Assembly (NCBI GenBank): GCA_021781935.1
Contig: JAJXVW010000001.1
Coordinates: forward strand, 1 to 28,077
DNA: 28,077 nt
Reading direction: 5' to 3'
Source: a bacterium
Lineage (GTDB): Bacteria; Patescibacteriota; Minisyncoccia; Phycocordibacterales; Phycocordibacteraceae
Below, piece after piece: positions 6,848 through 16,551 of this stretch. The notes below the pieces were generated by a model. That model searched no databases, was not told the origin of the DNA, and saw nothing but the letters and a program-made list of their open reading frames with translations. The number at the start of each line of letters is the position of its first letter. Position 1 is the stretch's first letter. The position numbers and the translations under genes were made by a program.

Positions 6848-7114
6848 ATGCTTACCACTAAGAAAAAGGCGGCAGTAATAAAAAATGCCGCCCGCCACGA
6901 TGCGGACACCGGTTCTCCGGAGGTTCAGGTCGCGCTGCTTTCCAAGCAGATCGATGAGCTGGCCAAGCATTTGAAGCATAATCCGAAGGATTTCCATTCG
7001 CGCCGGGGGCTCTTGCAGATGGTGGCCGATCGCCGCTCGCACCTGCGCTATCTCGAGAATAACGACAAGCGGAAATATAACGCGGTCGTTAAGAAACTGG
7101 GATTGAAGAAGTAG
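6848..7114 (+). CDS. rpsO: 30S ribosomal protein S15 (true start ATG 6848)
   Basis: HDADTGSPEVQVALLS and DFHSRRGLLQMV motifs, 88 aa. Confidence 0.97.
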   Translation: MLTTKKKAAVIKNAARHDADTGSPEVQVALLSKQIDELAKHLKHNPKDFHSRRGLLQMVADRRSHLRYLENNDKRKYNAVVKKLGLKK

Positions 7115-7249
7115 GAGGAAGCGCGGGCTCCGGCCGGCGCTGGTGGTATCATGGGTCTGCGGTAATCTTGCCGCAAGATTTTAATAGAAATTCCGGGGCA
7201 GCGCGCCGCACAATCGGCCGCATGCTCTTACTCTGAATAGTTTTTACTT

Positions 7250-7762
7250 ATGGCAGTCATCAAACATCCGGCGCAGCGCGTAGGGGTTTTCATAGATACG
7301 CAGAATCTCTACCACAGCGCCAAGCATCTCTACAAGGCTCGCGTGAACTTCTCGAACATTCTTGAGGAAGCGGTCGGAGGGCGCATTCTCGTACGTGCGA
7401 TAGCCTACGTCATCAAGACGGAGGCCGGCGACGAGAAGAACTTCTTCGATGCGCTCACCAAGATGGGAATCGAAACCAAAGTGAAGGATCTCCAGATCTT
7501 CGCCGATGGCGCAAAGAAAGCTGACTGGGACGTCGGGCTCGCGATAGACGCGGTCAAGCTCGCGCCGAAGCTTGACACGGTCGTCCTTGTCACGGGCGAC
7601 GGCGACTTCGTACCGCTCATCCAGTACCTCGATCTCCATGAAGGATGCCAGGTCGAGGTCATCTCCTTCGGGAAATCGTCATCCGGGAAGCTCAAGGAAG
7701 CAGCGCACGCGTTCACTGACATGTGTGACGATCCGAAGCGGTTCACGATACGTTCTCGATAA
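7250..7762 (+). CDS. NYN-domain (LabA/DUF88, PIN-like) protein
   Basis: VFIDTQNLYH, KADWDVGLAID and LVTGDGDF acidic motifs intact. Confidence 0.9.
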   Translation: MAVIKHPAQRVGVFIDTQNLYHSAKHLYKARVNFSNILEEAVGGRILVRAIAYVIKTEAGDEKNFFDALTKMGIETKVKDLQIFADGAKKADWDVGLAIDAVKLAPKLDTVVLVTGDGDFVPLIQYLDLHEGCQVEVISFGKSSSGKLKEAAHAFTDMCDDPKRFTIRSR

Positions 7763-7771
7763 AGAAGCAGC

Positions 7772-7810
7772 ATAAACACACGCGGCCCCTCTGGGGCCGC
7801 GTGTGTTTAT
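7772..7810. terminator. Perfect 18-bp hairpin with 3-nt loop
   Basis: ATAAACACACGCGGCCCC-TCT-GGGGCCGCGTGTGTTTAT, right after the NYN stop. Confidence 0.75.
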
Positions 7811-7852
7811 AGGTGTGCTGCGTGACGCGGAGCATACGTTACACTAAACGAA

Positions 7853-9193
7853 ATGGCAGAGGTACCTCACCCGCCCGGTAATGCGGTTACCGACGAGCAC
7901 ATGAACGCGAAGGAGCCGGCGCGCTTCATCCGTACGTTCGCTGCGGACATGGAGAAGGTCAAAGCGGGGAAGCGCCCAGATCTTGTCCCGTATGCCGACC
8001 AGGAGCGCGAGGCCGGCAATGTCGCCGCATCGAAAGAAACGATGATGCACCCGGCGGTGCCACCACGGCCGCCGCAGTCCGAACCGCGCATGAGTGTACC
8101 GTCAACGCCTCTGCCAGTTCCGCCGCCGCCCGTTCCTGAGCCGGACACGCGGACAGAACCGGTATCCGTGGAGATGGCGAGGGCGCAGGAACCGGACATC
8201 CCCGACATGCTCGCCCCGCAAGCGCGCCTCGTCGCCGGGAGCGTGCTCCCGCCGCAACCGCCCGCGGAGGCGGTTGAAGAGACGCCGCCGCCGGAACCGA
8301 TCGAGAGAGCATCTGAAGCGCCATCCCCGATACACACCTACCGCGGCGATTTTACCGAGCGCATGAAGGATACGGAAGCTTCCGCCGCGACCGTGCTTGC
8401 TGCGGAACAGGATGCCGGGTTCTCTCCATTCGCAGCCCGAACGCGTCATTCACACGGGAATGCCGGCTATCTTATCGCAGGCGCGGTGCTTATCCTCTTT
8501 GGCGCTGCGGGTGCGTACTGGGGCTACATGCGGTATGCGTCGATCCCCGTTCCGGTAGTGCTCGCGCCGACCGTCTCGGCGCCGATATTTGTAGATACGG
8601 ATCAAATCGTGAGCGGGTCCGGATCAGCGCTCGCGGGAATGATCGCCGAATCGATGCGGACGCCGCTTACGAACGGCGCCATTCGTTTCCTTCATTTTCC
8701 GGCAAGCGCTTCCACTACGGAGAGCGTTTTCAGCGCGCTCGAGCTCCCGGCTCCAGGGGAGCTCCTGCGCAACATAAATCCAGCAGGGAGCATGGCAGGC
8801 ATCGTGAATGCCGGAGGCGTTTCGTCCCCTTTCTTCATCCTCTCAGTCGATTCATACAGCGAAACCTTCTCCGGCATGCTTGCGTGGGAGCCGCAGATGC
8901 TGAGCGCGTTTCCCGCGCTCTACCCACCGCTCGCGCCGCCATTGTCGGCGACAAGCACGACGCCAGCATCAACGACCCCGCGCGCGTTCGCAGCGACCTC
9001 TACGATGACGGCGACATCGACGCCGGGATTCGAGGATGTGACCATCGCGAACCATGACGCGCGCGCGTACTTCGACGCGTACGGACGCCCGCTCATCGTG
9101 TACGGATACTGGGATCAGCATACGCTCGTCATCGCGAGAGATGAGAACGCATTCACGGAGATTCTGAGCCGCCTCGCGAACTCGAAGAAATAA
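7853..9193 (+). CDS. Hypothetical membrane-anchored protein: Pro-rich N-terminus, one TM helix, Thr/Ser-rich extracellular domain
   Basis: 446-aa ORF; TM segment YLIAGAVLILFGAAGAYWGYM; TACACT -10 box 7 nt before the ATG. Confidence 0.8.
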   Translation: MAEVPHPPGNAVTDEHMNAKEPARFIRTFAADMEKVKAGKRPDLVPYADQEREAGNVAASKETMMHPAVPPRPPQSEPRMSVPSTPLPVPPPPVPEPDTRTEPVSVEMARAQEPDIPDMLAPQARLVAGSVLPPQPPAEAVEETPPPEPIERASEAPSPIHTYRGDFTERMKDTEASAATVLAAEQDAGFSPFAARTRHSHGNAGYLIAGAVLILFGAAGAYWGYMRYASIPVPVVLAPTVSAPIFVDTDQIVSGSGSALAGMIAESMRTPLTNGAIRFLHFPASASTTESVFSALELPAPGELLRNINPAGSMAGIVNAGGVSSPFFILSVDSYSETFSGMLAWEPQMLSAFPALYPPLAPPLSATSTTPASTTPRAFAATSTMTATSTPGFEDVTIANHDARAYFDAYGRPLIVYGYWDQHTLVIARDENAFTEILSRLANSKK

Positions 9194-9235
9194 GGTTCGG
9201 CGCTTGACGTCCGGTTCTCTGGTATATTGTCGGGC

Positions 9236-9592
9236 ATGACTACGCCCGTGTACCAAAAACGCCTCGAGGAGGAGAAAGAACGGCTTGAGTCGCGCATGGG
9301 AAGCGTCGGGCAGCGAAATCCCGCTGTCCCGAATGACTGGGAGATCGCTCCGACGACAGACAGCGGCGAGGCGGATCTCGTCGACCAGGCGGACATCGTG
9401 GTCGAGCGGGAACAGAAGGCCGCTATACTGCATGATCTTGAGGCGCGGTATGATGCGGTCCTTGCCGCTCTCGAACGCTTGGGGAAGGGAACGTATGGCA
9501 CCTGCGCTATCTGCGGGAAGAAGATCGAAGAAGCGCGGCTCGCAGCCGACCCGGCCGCGACAACGTGTCGGGAACATATGCGCGAATCATAA
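9236..9592 (+). CDS. DksA/TraR C4-type zinc-finger protein (start ATG 9236)
   Basis: Coiled coil with DLVDQA (DxxDxA), GTYGTCAICG…IEEARL…TTCREH. Confidence 0.88.
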   Translation: MTTPVYQKRLEEEKERLESRMGSVGQRNPAVPNDWEIAPTTDSGEADLVDQADIVVEREQKAAILHDLEARYDAVLAALERLGKGTYGTCAICGKKIEEARLAADPAATTCREHMRES

Positions 9593-9611
9593 GCTCGGGA
9601 GGTTGTCCCGA

Positions 9612-9643
9612 ACGGCCCGCGGCGAAGCCGCGGGCCGTGTTTT
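9612..9643 (+). terminator. Intrinsic terminator
   Basis: ACGGCCCGCGGC-GAA-GCCGCGGGCCGT followed by GTTTT. Confidence 0.7.
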
Positions 9644-9652
9644 AATGCAGTA

Positions 9653-11209
9653 ATGGCCGAGCTCGCACCTCCTGCCAGAAAGAAGCGCGACGAGAAGAGC
9701 GGATACGCGAAGACGCACGCCGCGCAGCCGGTCGGCGCGGCCGCAGAAATCGTGACAGTAGAAGCGGATCTCACGCGCGGGCTCCATGCATTCTCGATCG
9801 TGGGGCTTCCCGACAAGGCCGTCGAAGAAGCGCGCGACCGCATTTCAGCCGCGATACGGCACGCCGGATTCAAGAGCCCGAAGCAGCAGAATAAGCGCAT
9901 CGTGCTGTCCCTCGCTCCGGCAGACCTGAAAAAAGAAGGTTCGCAGTATGATCTCGCGCTTGCGGTCGCGTATCTCATTGCGGCCGGCGACATCGACGCC
10001 GTCCCCGCGACGACCCTTTTCATAGGAGAATTGGCGCTCGATGGCGCGCTCCGGCCGGTTCGGGGCGTACTTCCGCAGGTACTTGCCGCGAAGCGCGCGG
10101 GCATGGAGACCGTATACGTTCCGAACGAGAACGTGCGAGAGGCGGTGCTCGTCGGCGGGACCACCGTGCACGCGCCCGCCACGCTCGCGGAACTCGTACG
10201 GCACCTGAAAGGCGAGAGACGCCTCGCGTCCCGCAAAGGATTGCCGCCGCTTCGCGCACCGCGGCCGGCCGTCGATCTCTCCGACGTAAAAGGTCAGGAG
10301 AGCGCGAAGCGCGCGCTCGAGATCGCTGCGGCCGGAAGACACAATCTCGTGTTCTACGGTCCTCCGGGCACCGGGAAGACTATGCTTGCGCGGGCGCTCC
10401 CCGGAATATTGCCGCCGCTCACTGAGGGGGAAATGCTCGAGGTCACCGCGATTCATTCAACGGCGGGTCTTCTTTCTGCGGCAGAACCAATCGCCTGGCC
10501 GCCGTTTAGGTCACCGCACCACAGCGTTTCGCACGTCGCGATAGTCGGAGGCGGCGCGTTCCCGAAAGCGGGTGAGGTAACGCTGGCTCATAAGGGCGTC
10601 CTCTTTCTCGACGAGTTTCCCGAATTCGACGCCCGTGCGCTCGAGGCGCTGCGACAGCCGCTCGAGGATAAGGTGGTAACGGTTTCGCGCGCACGCGCAA
10701 CGGTGACGTTCCCGGCTGACTGCATGATCGTGGCCGCAATGAATCCGGCGGATACGCTTTCCGCGGATTCGGATGTCGCGCTGCGCGAGGCGCGCAAGCA
10801 ATCGCGGAAGATATCGCGTCCCATCGTCGATCGTCTCGATCTCTGGATAGCGGTGCCGCATGTGCCGCATGAGAGGCTCGCGGAGCTCGCGACGGGCGAA
10901 TCATCCGACACGGTTCGCGCCCGCGTCATGCGCGCCCGCGAGCGCGCTGCACGCCGCGCCGGCGTTGCCGGAGCGACGAACGCCGCGCTTTCCGGGCGCT
11001 CGCTCGATGAAGATGCCGCATGGACGCCAGAAACGAAACGAGCGCTTTCCGCCGCGGCGATGCGGCTCGACCTCTCGCCCCGATCCTATCACCGCAGCAT
11101 GCGCGTTGCGCGAACCGTCGCGGATCTCGCCGGCAGCGAAACCGTCGAACCCGAGCACCTCTTTGAAGCGCTCGCGTACCGTCCGAAGGGACTGTTCGGT
11201 TTCGAGTGA
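9653..11209 (+). CDS. comM: YifB/ComM Mg-chelatase-like AAA+ ATPase
   Basis: [26 protein letters not shown], Walker [31 protein letters not shown] and LSPRSYHR motifs. Confidence 0.92.
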   Translation: MAELAPPARKKRDEKSGYAKTHAAQPVGAAAEIVTVEADLTRGLHAFSIVGLPDKAVEEARDRISAAIRHAGFKSPKQQNKRIVLSLAPADLKKEGSQYDLALAVAYLIAAGDIDAVPATTLFIGELALDGALRPVRGVLPQVLAAKRAGMETVYVPNENVREAVLVGGTTVHAPATLAELVRHLKGERRLASRKGLPPLRAPRPAVDLSDVKGQESAKRALEIAAAGRHNLVFYGPPGTGKTMLARALPGILPPLTEGEMLEVTAIHSTAGLLSAAEPIAWPPFRSPHHSVSHVAIVGGGAFPKAGEVTLAHKGVLFLDEFPEFDARALEALRQPLEDKVVTVSRARATVTFPADCMIVAAMNPADTLSADSDVALREARKQSRKISRPIVDRLDLWIAVPHVPHERLAELATGESSDTVRARVMRARERAARRAGVAGATNAALSGRSLDEDAAWTPETKRALSAAAMRLDLSPRSYHRSMRVARTVADLAGSETVEPEHLFEALAYRPKGLFGFE

Positions 11210-11217
11210 CGGAAGCC

Positions 11218-12303
11218 CTAGTTGCAGGAGTAGCCGGAGACGGCTTCTCCTACGCGGCAGGTCGCCGCGAACAGGTTCTTGGCTCCGCGGATCTCGAAGT
11301 GAACGTGGGGGCCCGTGGTCATGCCCGTCATGCCGACGTAGCCGATGGTCTGTCCTTGGGAAACGATCTCTCCTGCGTGCACGGCCGGAGCGGACATGTG
11401 CGCGTAAAGCGTCTCGGTTCCGTTGCTGTGTTTCAGCACCACGTAGTTCCCGTAGCCCCCGTTCCAACCGCCGTTGTCGCGAGCGATGAGCACCGTACCG
11501 GCAGCCGCCGCGTGAATCGGCGTGCCGCGCGGCGCGCCGATGTCGACGGCGTTCCATCCATGAAGTCCTTGGGTCAGTATGCCGCCTGCAACGGGGCTCA
11601 GGTAATAGGAGGCGTAGAGGGGGCCGGTGCCGCCGAGGTACGGCTCCGCAGGTGCCCTGCCTCCCTTCACCCGTGCGGTGTTCCCGGCGACCGAGGAAAC
11701 GCCCGGTGCGGTGAGTTCTCCTCCCGGGATAATGATGCTTGAACCGACGGCGAGCGGAGCCGATGCGTCAAGACCGTTGTATTGTGCGATTTCCGTGGAA
11801 TCCGCCCCATACTTTTTTGCGAGCGACTTCAGCGTATCGCCTTGCGCGACCGTATGTTCGATCCCCGAGATGGGGAGGATGATGAGCGTGTCGCCCGGGT
11901 GTACGTCGCGCGTGCTCTTGAGGTCGTTTGCCCATACGATAGTGTTCACAGAGACGCCATACATCGCGGCGATCTGGGAGAGCGTATCACCTGGGCGCAC
12001 GACATATACGGAAATCTGATCGGCGGAGGGCGTGGCGATGACGTCGGGTATGTTCCCGGAAGGGCTGCCGTAGCCCATGAGCGCGGAATCATCAGTCGCA
12101 AGTGCGAGCGTAGCGCCCGCGTTTACGTTCGCGTTCGTGGGAGCGACGAGCGCAGGAGTGGAGGAGCTCGGGATGATGCCGTTTGATGCGGCGTTCGCGT
12201 TCGACGAAAACGGCCAAAACGCGTGCGCGCGGGTTGGCAGGAATGCCGCGGCTATGGCTATGAGCGCAAAGCCGGCGAGAAGTATCGCCACCTGCTCGAT
12301 CAC
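11218..12303 (-). CDS. LysM-repeat M23 family cell-wall peptidase (start uncertain: GTG 12303 preferred, 12438 possible)
   Basis: Signal peptide, two LysM repeats (YVVRPGDTLSQIA; HTVAQGDTLKSLA), M23 motifs HGWNAVD, YAHM and TGPHVHFE. Confidence 0.9.
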   Translation of the reverse strand: MIEQVAILLAGFALIAIAAAFLPTRAHAFWPFSSNANAASNGIIPSSSTPALVAPTNANVNAGATLALATDDSALMGYGSPSGNIPDVIATPSADQISVYVVRPGDTLSQIAAMYGVSVNTIVWANDLKSTRDVHPGDTLIILPISGIEHTVAQGDTLKSLAKKYGADSTEIAQYNGLDASAPLAVGSSIIIPGGELTAPGVSSVAGNTARVKGGRAPAEPYLGGTGPLYASYYLSPVAGGILTQGLHGWNAVDIGAPRGTPIHAAAAGTVLIARDNGGWNGGYGNYVVLKHSNGTETLYAHMSAPAVHAGEIVSQGQTIGYVGMTGMTTGPHVHFEIRGAKNLFAATCRVGEAVSGYSCN

Positions 12304-12455
12304 CTTATGTGGATTCCGAAACGGGTTACTGGAACCCTCTTCGGAAAGCTGCGGTTGGGTCTTGATAAGCGAAGGGAAGGACAAACGATCGTGCCTCCGA
12401 TGGAATCCGGGATGCACCCGAAAGCGCGGTGCTCTCACCAGACTCTTTACTACAA

Positions 12456-12477
12456 AAATGGCTTATATAAGCCATTT
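12456..12477. promoter_or_regulatory. Perfect 22-bp palindrome, candidate operator
   Basis: AAATGGCTTAT|ATAAGCCATTT between the divergent M23 and uvrD genes. Confidence 0.5.
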
Positions 12478-12660
12478 CTTTCATACTTCCGTTACAGCCG
12501 ATACGGGCAAGTATAGCCAAGATCGACCCCGGGTCAATGCGGTTCCTCTCGAGGTGTGGAGAGGGGTATAAGGATACGGATTGGTCGAATACGCAAGGGC
12601 TTCCAGCCTCTCTGGTACACGCGTGATTGGGGATAGCGATGTGTAGGGTATATTTCACGG

Positions 12661-14595
12661 GTGAAGCATCTTGACGGATTGAAAGACGCCCAAAAAACGG
12701 CCGTGCTCGCGCGTAACGGGCCCGTGTCGGTCCTCGCCGGGGCGGGTTCCGGGAAAACCCGTGTGCTCACGGCGCGGATTTATGAGCTCATCCGCGGAGG
12801 CGTCGCGCCGGAGGCTATTCTTGCGGTCACCTTCACGAATAAGGCGGCACGCGAGATGAGAGAGCGTCTCCGCAGTATGCTTGGCGCGGGTGAAGAAGAA
12901 CCGAGAGGGAGAGGCGCGCCCGCGGGACTCCCGTTCGTGGCGACCTTCCACGGGCTCGGTCGCGAATTGCTCGAGTCCTATGGCGCTATCATCGGGGTTC
13001 CCCGCTACTTCAGCGTCTACGACCGGGATGATTCGGAGAAGATCATCGCCGACGCGCTCAAGAAGCTCGATGTCTCGACGAAAGAGCTCTCGCCGCGCGC
13101 GGTCATGGGACGCATCAGCCGCGCGAAAGGGGCCGGCATCTCCGTGCGCGAGTTCTACGAGAAACAAGCGCGCTCGAGCTTCGGATCACGTATTGTCGCT
13201 GAGGCGTGGCAGGCCTATGAACAAGCGCTCGCCCGGGAGAAGGCGCTCGACTTCGACGATCTCATCGTGCGCCCGGTCCGGATGCTCGAAGAGCATCCGG
13301 ATGTCCTTGCGGCGGCTCAGGAACGGTGGCGGTACATTCACATAGATGAGTACCAGGACACGAACGCGCTGCAGGGCTGTCTCGCGAACCTTCTCGCGGC
13401 GAATCATCGGAACCTGTTTGTCGTAGGCGATATCGACCAGACCATTTACACCTGGCGCGGCGCCACCATCGAAAATCTCCTTGAGTTCGAGAAGCAGTAT
13501 CCCGATGCGCAGACCATTGTCCTCGAGCAGAATTATCGTTCGACGAAAAACCTCGTCGAGGCGGCGAACGCGATAATCGAGCGCAACACGCGCCGCAAAG
13601 AGAAGCGCTCGACCACGAACAATGGTACTGGCGAGCCGATCGTGATTCATGCAGCGATCAATGCTGAACGCGAGGCGCGTTGGATAGCGCGGAAGATCAA
13701 GAATCTCCTGCGGGCGGGCACCGCGCCCGAAGAGATTGCGATCCTCTATCGAACGAATTTCCAGTCCCGGGCGCTCGAGGAGGGCTTGTTGCGCGAGGGA
13801 GTCCCCTACAAGCTTCTCGGCACGCGCTTCTTCGATCGAAAGGAAGTGAAGGATACGCTCGCTTGGATCCGCCTTGCGCTCGACCCTGCGCGCGAGGCGG
13901 ACAGGGTACGCGCGGCGGGCAGCCCGCCGCGCGGGATAGGCAGGGTAACGCTCGCGAAACTCGCCGCAGGACAGCGCGGATCGCTCAAGAATGCAGAAGC
14001 AGCGAAGGTCGTCCAGTTCGAGAGCGTGATCGAAGAACTCGTCCGCGCGGCGGAACGGATGATTCCGAGCGAGTTCGTGAAGCTCGTAATCGAGAAGAGC
14101 GGCATGCGCCGCGCCCTCTTCGAAGAGGGGAACGAGGAAGATCGCGAGCGTTTCGAGAACGTCGAAGAACTTGCGAGCGTGGCGGTGCGCTACGACGGAC
14201 TCCCGGGGAAGGACGGTATTGCGAATTTTCTTGCGGAAGCGGCGCTTGCGAGCGACCAGGATGAGATGGACCGCACTGAGAAGCGCGGTGTCACGCTCAT
14301 GACCGTGCACGCGGCAAAAGGGCTCGAGTTCAAGGCGGTATTCGTTTCCGGGATGGAGGAGGGGCTCTTCCCGCACGACGGCATGGGAGAAGGGGAACGC
14401 GACGATGAGGAAGAGCGCCGGCTTTTCTATGTGGCGGTGACGCGAGCCAAGGATCGGCTCTATCTCTCGCTCGCGCGCATGCGAAAGATCTACGGCAGCG
14501 ATTTCCTTTCGGAGCCTTCCTCGTTCCTTGCGGACATAGATCGTTCGCTGGTCGTGTATGACGAGGATGACGGAGAATCGGTCATCGATTACTGA
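12661..14595 (+). CDS. pcrA: UvrD/PcrA ATP-dependent DNA helicase
   Basis: AGAGSGKT, TFTNKAA, IDEYQDTN, VGDIDQTIY, LEQNYRS, TVHAAKGLEF and EERRLFYVAVTRA motifs. Confidence 0.96.
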   Translation: MKHLDGLKDAQKTAVLARNGPVSVLAGAGSGKTRVLTARIYELIRGGVAPEAILAVTFTNKAAREMRERLRSMLGAGEEEPRGRGAPAGLPFVATFHGLGRELLESYGAIIGVPRYFSVYDRDDSEKIIADALKKLDVSTKELSPRAVMGRISRAKGAGISVREFYEKQARSSFGSRIVAEAWQAYEQALAREKALDFDDLIVRPVRMLEEHPDVLAAAQERWRYIHIDEYQDTNALQGCLANLLAANHRNLFVVGDIDQTIYTWRGATIENLLEFEKQYPDAQTIVLEQNYRSTKNLVEAANAIIERNTRRKEKRSTTNNGTGEPIVIHAAINAEREARWIARKIKNLLRAGTAPEEIAILYRTNFQSRALEEGLLREGVPYKLLGTRFFDRKEVKDTLAWIRLALDPAREADRVRAAGSPPRGIGRVTLAKLAAGQRGSLKNAEAAKVVQFESVIEELVRAAERMIPSEFVKLVIEKSGMRRALFEEGNEEDRERFENVEELASVAVRYDGLPGKDGIANFLAEAALASDQDEMDRTEKRGVTLMTVHAAKGLEFKAVFVSGMEEGLFPHDGMGEGERDDEEERRLFYVAVTRAKDRLYLSLARMRKIYGSDFLSEPSSFLADIDRSLVVYDEDDGESVIDY

Positions 14596-14642
14596 GCGGT
14601 CGAGTGGCGCGAAGCCCCAAGTACCGCTAGTGTATCCCTATC

Positions 14643-15413
14643 GTGATACGCGCTAAGAAATCGCTCGGCCAGAATTTCCTCATGCATGAGTCGACCGCTG
14701 CGCGCATTGCGGACGCCGCGGCACTGAGCCGTACCGACGCGGTGCTCGAGATAGGGCCCGGCACCGGCATGCTCACGCGGGCGCTCCTTTCGCGCGCCGG
14801 GAAGGTGGTTGCCGTCGAGGCAGACCGGGAGCTCGCGGCATCGCTTGAGGAAACGTTCGCGCGCGAGCTCGCTGACGGAACGTTCGTACTCGTCACAGGC
14901 GACGTCCGTGCGCTTGACCCCGCCGACTATTTCTCCGGTTCCTACAAGATCGTCGCGAACATCCCGTACTACCTTACCGGCGAACTCATGCGGCGTTTCC
15001 TTGAGGCACCCGTGCAGCCGGAATCCATAACCTTTCTCGTTCAGAAGGAAGTGGCTGAGCGCATCGCACGGGCGAAGAAGGAAAGCGTCCTCTCGCTCTC
15101 GGTGAAGGCGTTCGGAACGCCGCGGTATGTCTTCACCGTGCCGAGAGGCGCGTTCAAGCCCGTGCCGAAGGTGGACTCGGCGGTGCTCACCATCACGCAT
15201 ATCTCGCGCGACGCGTTCGCGACGCCGGCGCAAGAGGCGCGATTCTTCGCGCTCATTCACGCCGGGTTTTCCCATAAGCGCAAGCTGCTTGCCTCAAACT
15301 TGCAGGAGGCCGGGCTCAAGGAGCGGGGCGCGCTTGCCGCGATTGGCGTTCCCGAGACGGCTCGTGCGGAAGATCTTCCGCTCGCCGCCTGGCTCTCGCT
15401 CGTACGCGCATAA
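14643..15413 (+). CDS. rsmA: 16S rRNA dimethyladenosine transferase KsgA/RsmA
   Basis: AKKSLGQNFL, VLEIGPGTG, VANIPYYLTG and FKPVPKVDSAVL motifs. Confidence 0.96.
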   Translation: MIRAKKSLGQNFLMHESTAARIADAAALSRTDAVLEIGPGTGMLTRALLSRAGKVVAVEADRELAASLEETFARELADGTFVLVTGDVRALDPADYFSGSYKIVANIPYYLTGELMRRFLEAPVQPESITFLVQKEVAERIARAKKESVLSLSVKAFGTPRYVFTVPRGAFKPVPKVDSAVLTITHISRDAFATPAQEARFFALIHAGFSHKRKLLASNLQEAGLKERGALAAIGVPETARAEDLPLAAWLSLVRA

Positions 15414-15498
15414 TCGCGTCAGAGCCGCGCGTTATGCAGCTCGCGAAGGTGGAATCCTCTCCGGAGGAGCGCGCGACGAGGTATACTTTTCTTGTACT

Positions 15499-16551
15499 AT
15501 GGGGCCGATACTACGGAATTGGCGCGTATTCGCCGCATCGCTCTTCTCGATCGTGCTTGTGGCGGGCGCCTATGTCCTTGCGCGCGGCATCGCGAACCCT
15601 CCGGTAGCGCAGGCGTCGACCGAGAGCCAATTGCTCGCGGAAATAGCGGCGAAAGATTCGAACGGCGACGGGTTGCCCGACTGGGAGAAGATCCTATACG
15701 GCATCCCCGTCAACGCGACGACCACGGACTATTTCCATCTCGGTATGACGGACGGTGAGGCGGTCGCGAAAGGACTCATCGTCCCGAAGGCGGTCGTCGA
15801 CCTGCCGAGCGCGGCTTCGACAACCGCGACGACGACGCTTCTCGACTCCTCGCTCGGCCCGGCTCCCGCGAGCGGCACGCTCACCGATGTCTTCGCGAAG
15901 GATTTCTTCATGCAGTACGCAAATGCGAAGGAGCAGAATGGCGGACAGCCGCTTTCGCAATCGCAATTGAACGCAATCGCGCAACAGACATTGGCCGATC
16001 TCGCACAATCCGTAGCGCCGACGCCAGACTATAAGCAGATGAGCGACCTGACCGTGTCTGTCCCAGGAAAAGACGCGATGATTGCCTATGCTCAAGCCGC
16101 CGGCGCGGTATTGACTCAGCGCGCAAGTGGAGCAACCGCTAAGAGCGAGGTCGAGTATCTGTCCGAGGCGCTCCAGAATACTAATGACACAACGGCGCTT
16201 GACGAGATTGCGATCATCGCGAAGGATTATCGCCGAGTCGCAGTAGGTCTTTCGGCGCTCCCGGTGCCGCAAACGCTCGCTCAGGATGACCTCAATCTCA
16301 TAAATGCATTCGCGCGGCTTTCGGAGGCAATCCAGGATTTTACTCTGGTAACGAAGGACCCCATCCGAGCCATGCTCGCCATAAATGAATACCCGAACGA
16401 TGTACTCGCGCTCGGCGATGCGCTCATCAAACTGGATAGTACGTACCAAAGCGCTGATGTCGTGCTGCCTTCGGGGAGCCCTGGAGCAGCATTTCTCAAT
16501 ATCGTCTCGAGTGTCGCTGCGACGGAGGCAGCCTCTAGCACGAAACCATGA
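15499..16551 (+). CDS. Hypothetical exported/anchored protein with a TSP3-like Ca-binding motif (start ATG 15499, MGPILRNW…)
   Basis: N-terminal TM segment, DSNGDGLPDWE motif, helical C-terminus; stop overlaps the next start (ATGA). Confidence 0.78.
   Translation: MGPILRNWRVFAASLFSIVLVAGAYVLARGIANPPVAQASTESQLLAEIAAKDSNGDGLPDWEKILYGIPVNATTTDYFHLGMTDGEAVAKGLIVPKAVVDLPSAASTTATTTLLDSSLGPAPASGTLTDVFAKDFFMQYANAKEQNGGQPLSQSQLNAIAQQTLADLAQSVAPTPDYKQMSDLTVSVPGKDAMIAYAQAAGAVLTQRASGATAKSEVEYLSEALQNTNDTTALDEIAIIAKDYRRVAVGLSALPVPQTLAQDDLNLINAFARLSEAIQDFTLVTKDPIRAMLAINEYPNDVLALGDALIKLDSTYQSADVVLPSGSPGAAFLNIVSSVAATEAASSTKP

Noticed and set aside
9204-9228. TTGACG as the -35 box of dksA/traR
   Set aside because: Only 13 nt from the TATATT -10 box, outside the 16-18-nt range.
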